64,000 bases of DNA. It comes from Felis catus (lineage: Eukaryota). Below, in pieces: positions 63,366-64,000 of this stretch. Below the pieces are notes generated by a model. That model ran no database searches, was not told where the DNA came from, and saw only the letters and a program-made list of their open reading frames with translations. Position 1 is the first letter of the stretch, and each line of letters starts with the position of its first letter. The stretch covers positions 74,030,001-74,094,000 of the forward strand of contig NC_058368.1 in NCBI RefSeq assembly GCF_018350175.1, read 5' to 3'. A program made the translations under genes and the position numbers.

Positions 63366-63577
63366 TTTTTATTTTAATGTTTATATTTGAAGGAGAGAGA
63401 GAGACAGAGCGTGAGCGGGGAGGGGCAGAGAGAGAGAGGGAGATACAGAATCCGAAGCAGACTCCAGGCTCCGAGCTGTCAGCACGGAGCTTGACGTGGG
63501 GCTCCAACTCAAGAGCCGTGAGATCATGTCCCGGGGCAAAGTCGGATGCCCAACTGACTGAGCCACCCAGGCGCCCC
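63366..63577 (-). mobile_element. Can-SINE (felid type)
   Basis: SINE body; TSD atggg(tgaa/at)attaatatttct. Confidence 0.96.
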
Positions 63578-64000
63578 ATGGGATATTAATATTTCTAATT
63601 CATAGCAAATTAACTTAAAGTTTAGAGATTGGGAAGAAAGAAATTGACGGAGCTACTCTGCACCCACACAGTTCTGGCCAAACCCAACACTATTTCTGAG
63701 AAACTGTCCTCACATGGCAGACACATCGCCCAGTTCTTCCTGCCTTACCATCAGTGTATTAACTGAATCCACAGAAAAATAAGCATGGTTGTTGTTATTT
63801 CAAACTTCTTTTGGTTACAGGAGCTACTCATTTTTTTTTCTTTTTATGCCCAGATTCGTTCATATCCTGTGGGTCCCTATAGGAACACAGCGCAGCCCTA
63901 ATTCCTTTCCCAAGGGCTAATCTCTCCTCAGCTGTGCCGAGGTGTGGCCATCAGGTAATAAATGTTTCCATGTTAATAATTCCATCTTAGAGTGTTTAGG

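Noticed and set aside
1..64000. Prokaryote-style systems (CRISPR arrays, operons, defence islands)
   Set aside because: The sequence is mammalian. Recurring similar segments are dispersed SINEs, not repeat-spacer arrays, and no ORF exceeds 131 aa.

Overview
Mammalian genomic DNA, almost certainly from a felid (cat family). The evidence is 17 copies of the tRNA-derived carnivore SINE (Can-SINE, including Felidae-type SINEC_Fc copies) and a felid-type L1 3' end. I find no supportable protein-coding gene; the ORF track is SINE/L1-derived or chance. The window is intergenic or deep-intronic. It contains Can-SINEs, L1 copies (one with both ends and a TSD but no RT domain), L2/MIR relics, MaLR and ERV1-like solo LTRs, hAT and Tigger MITEs, microsatellites and a 35-nt tailless U2 snRNA retrocopy. 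Several unique segments carry candidate regulatory motifs. I see no convincing new biological system; the findings are modest evolutionary or regulatory leads. Repeat family names come from recalled consensus sequences, not a database search, and boundaries of old repeats are approximate.
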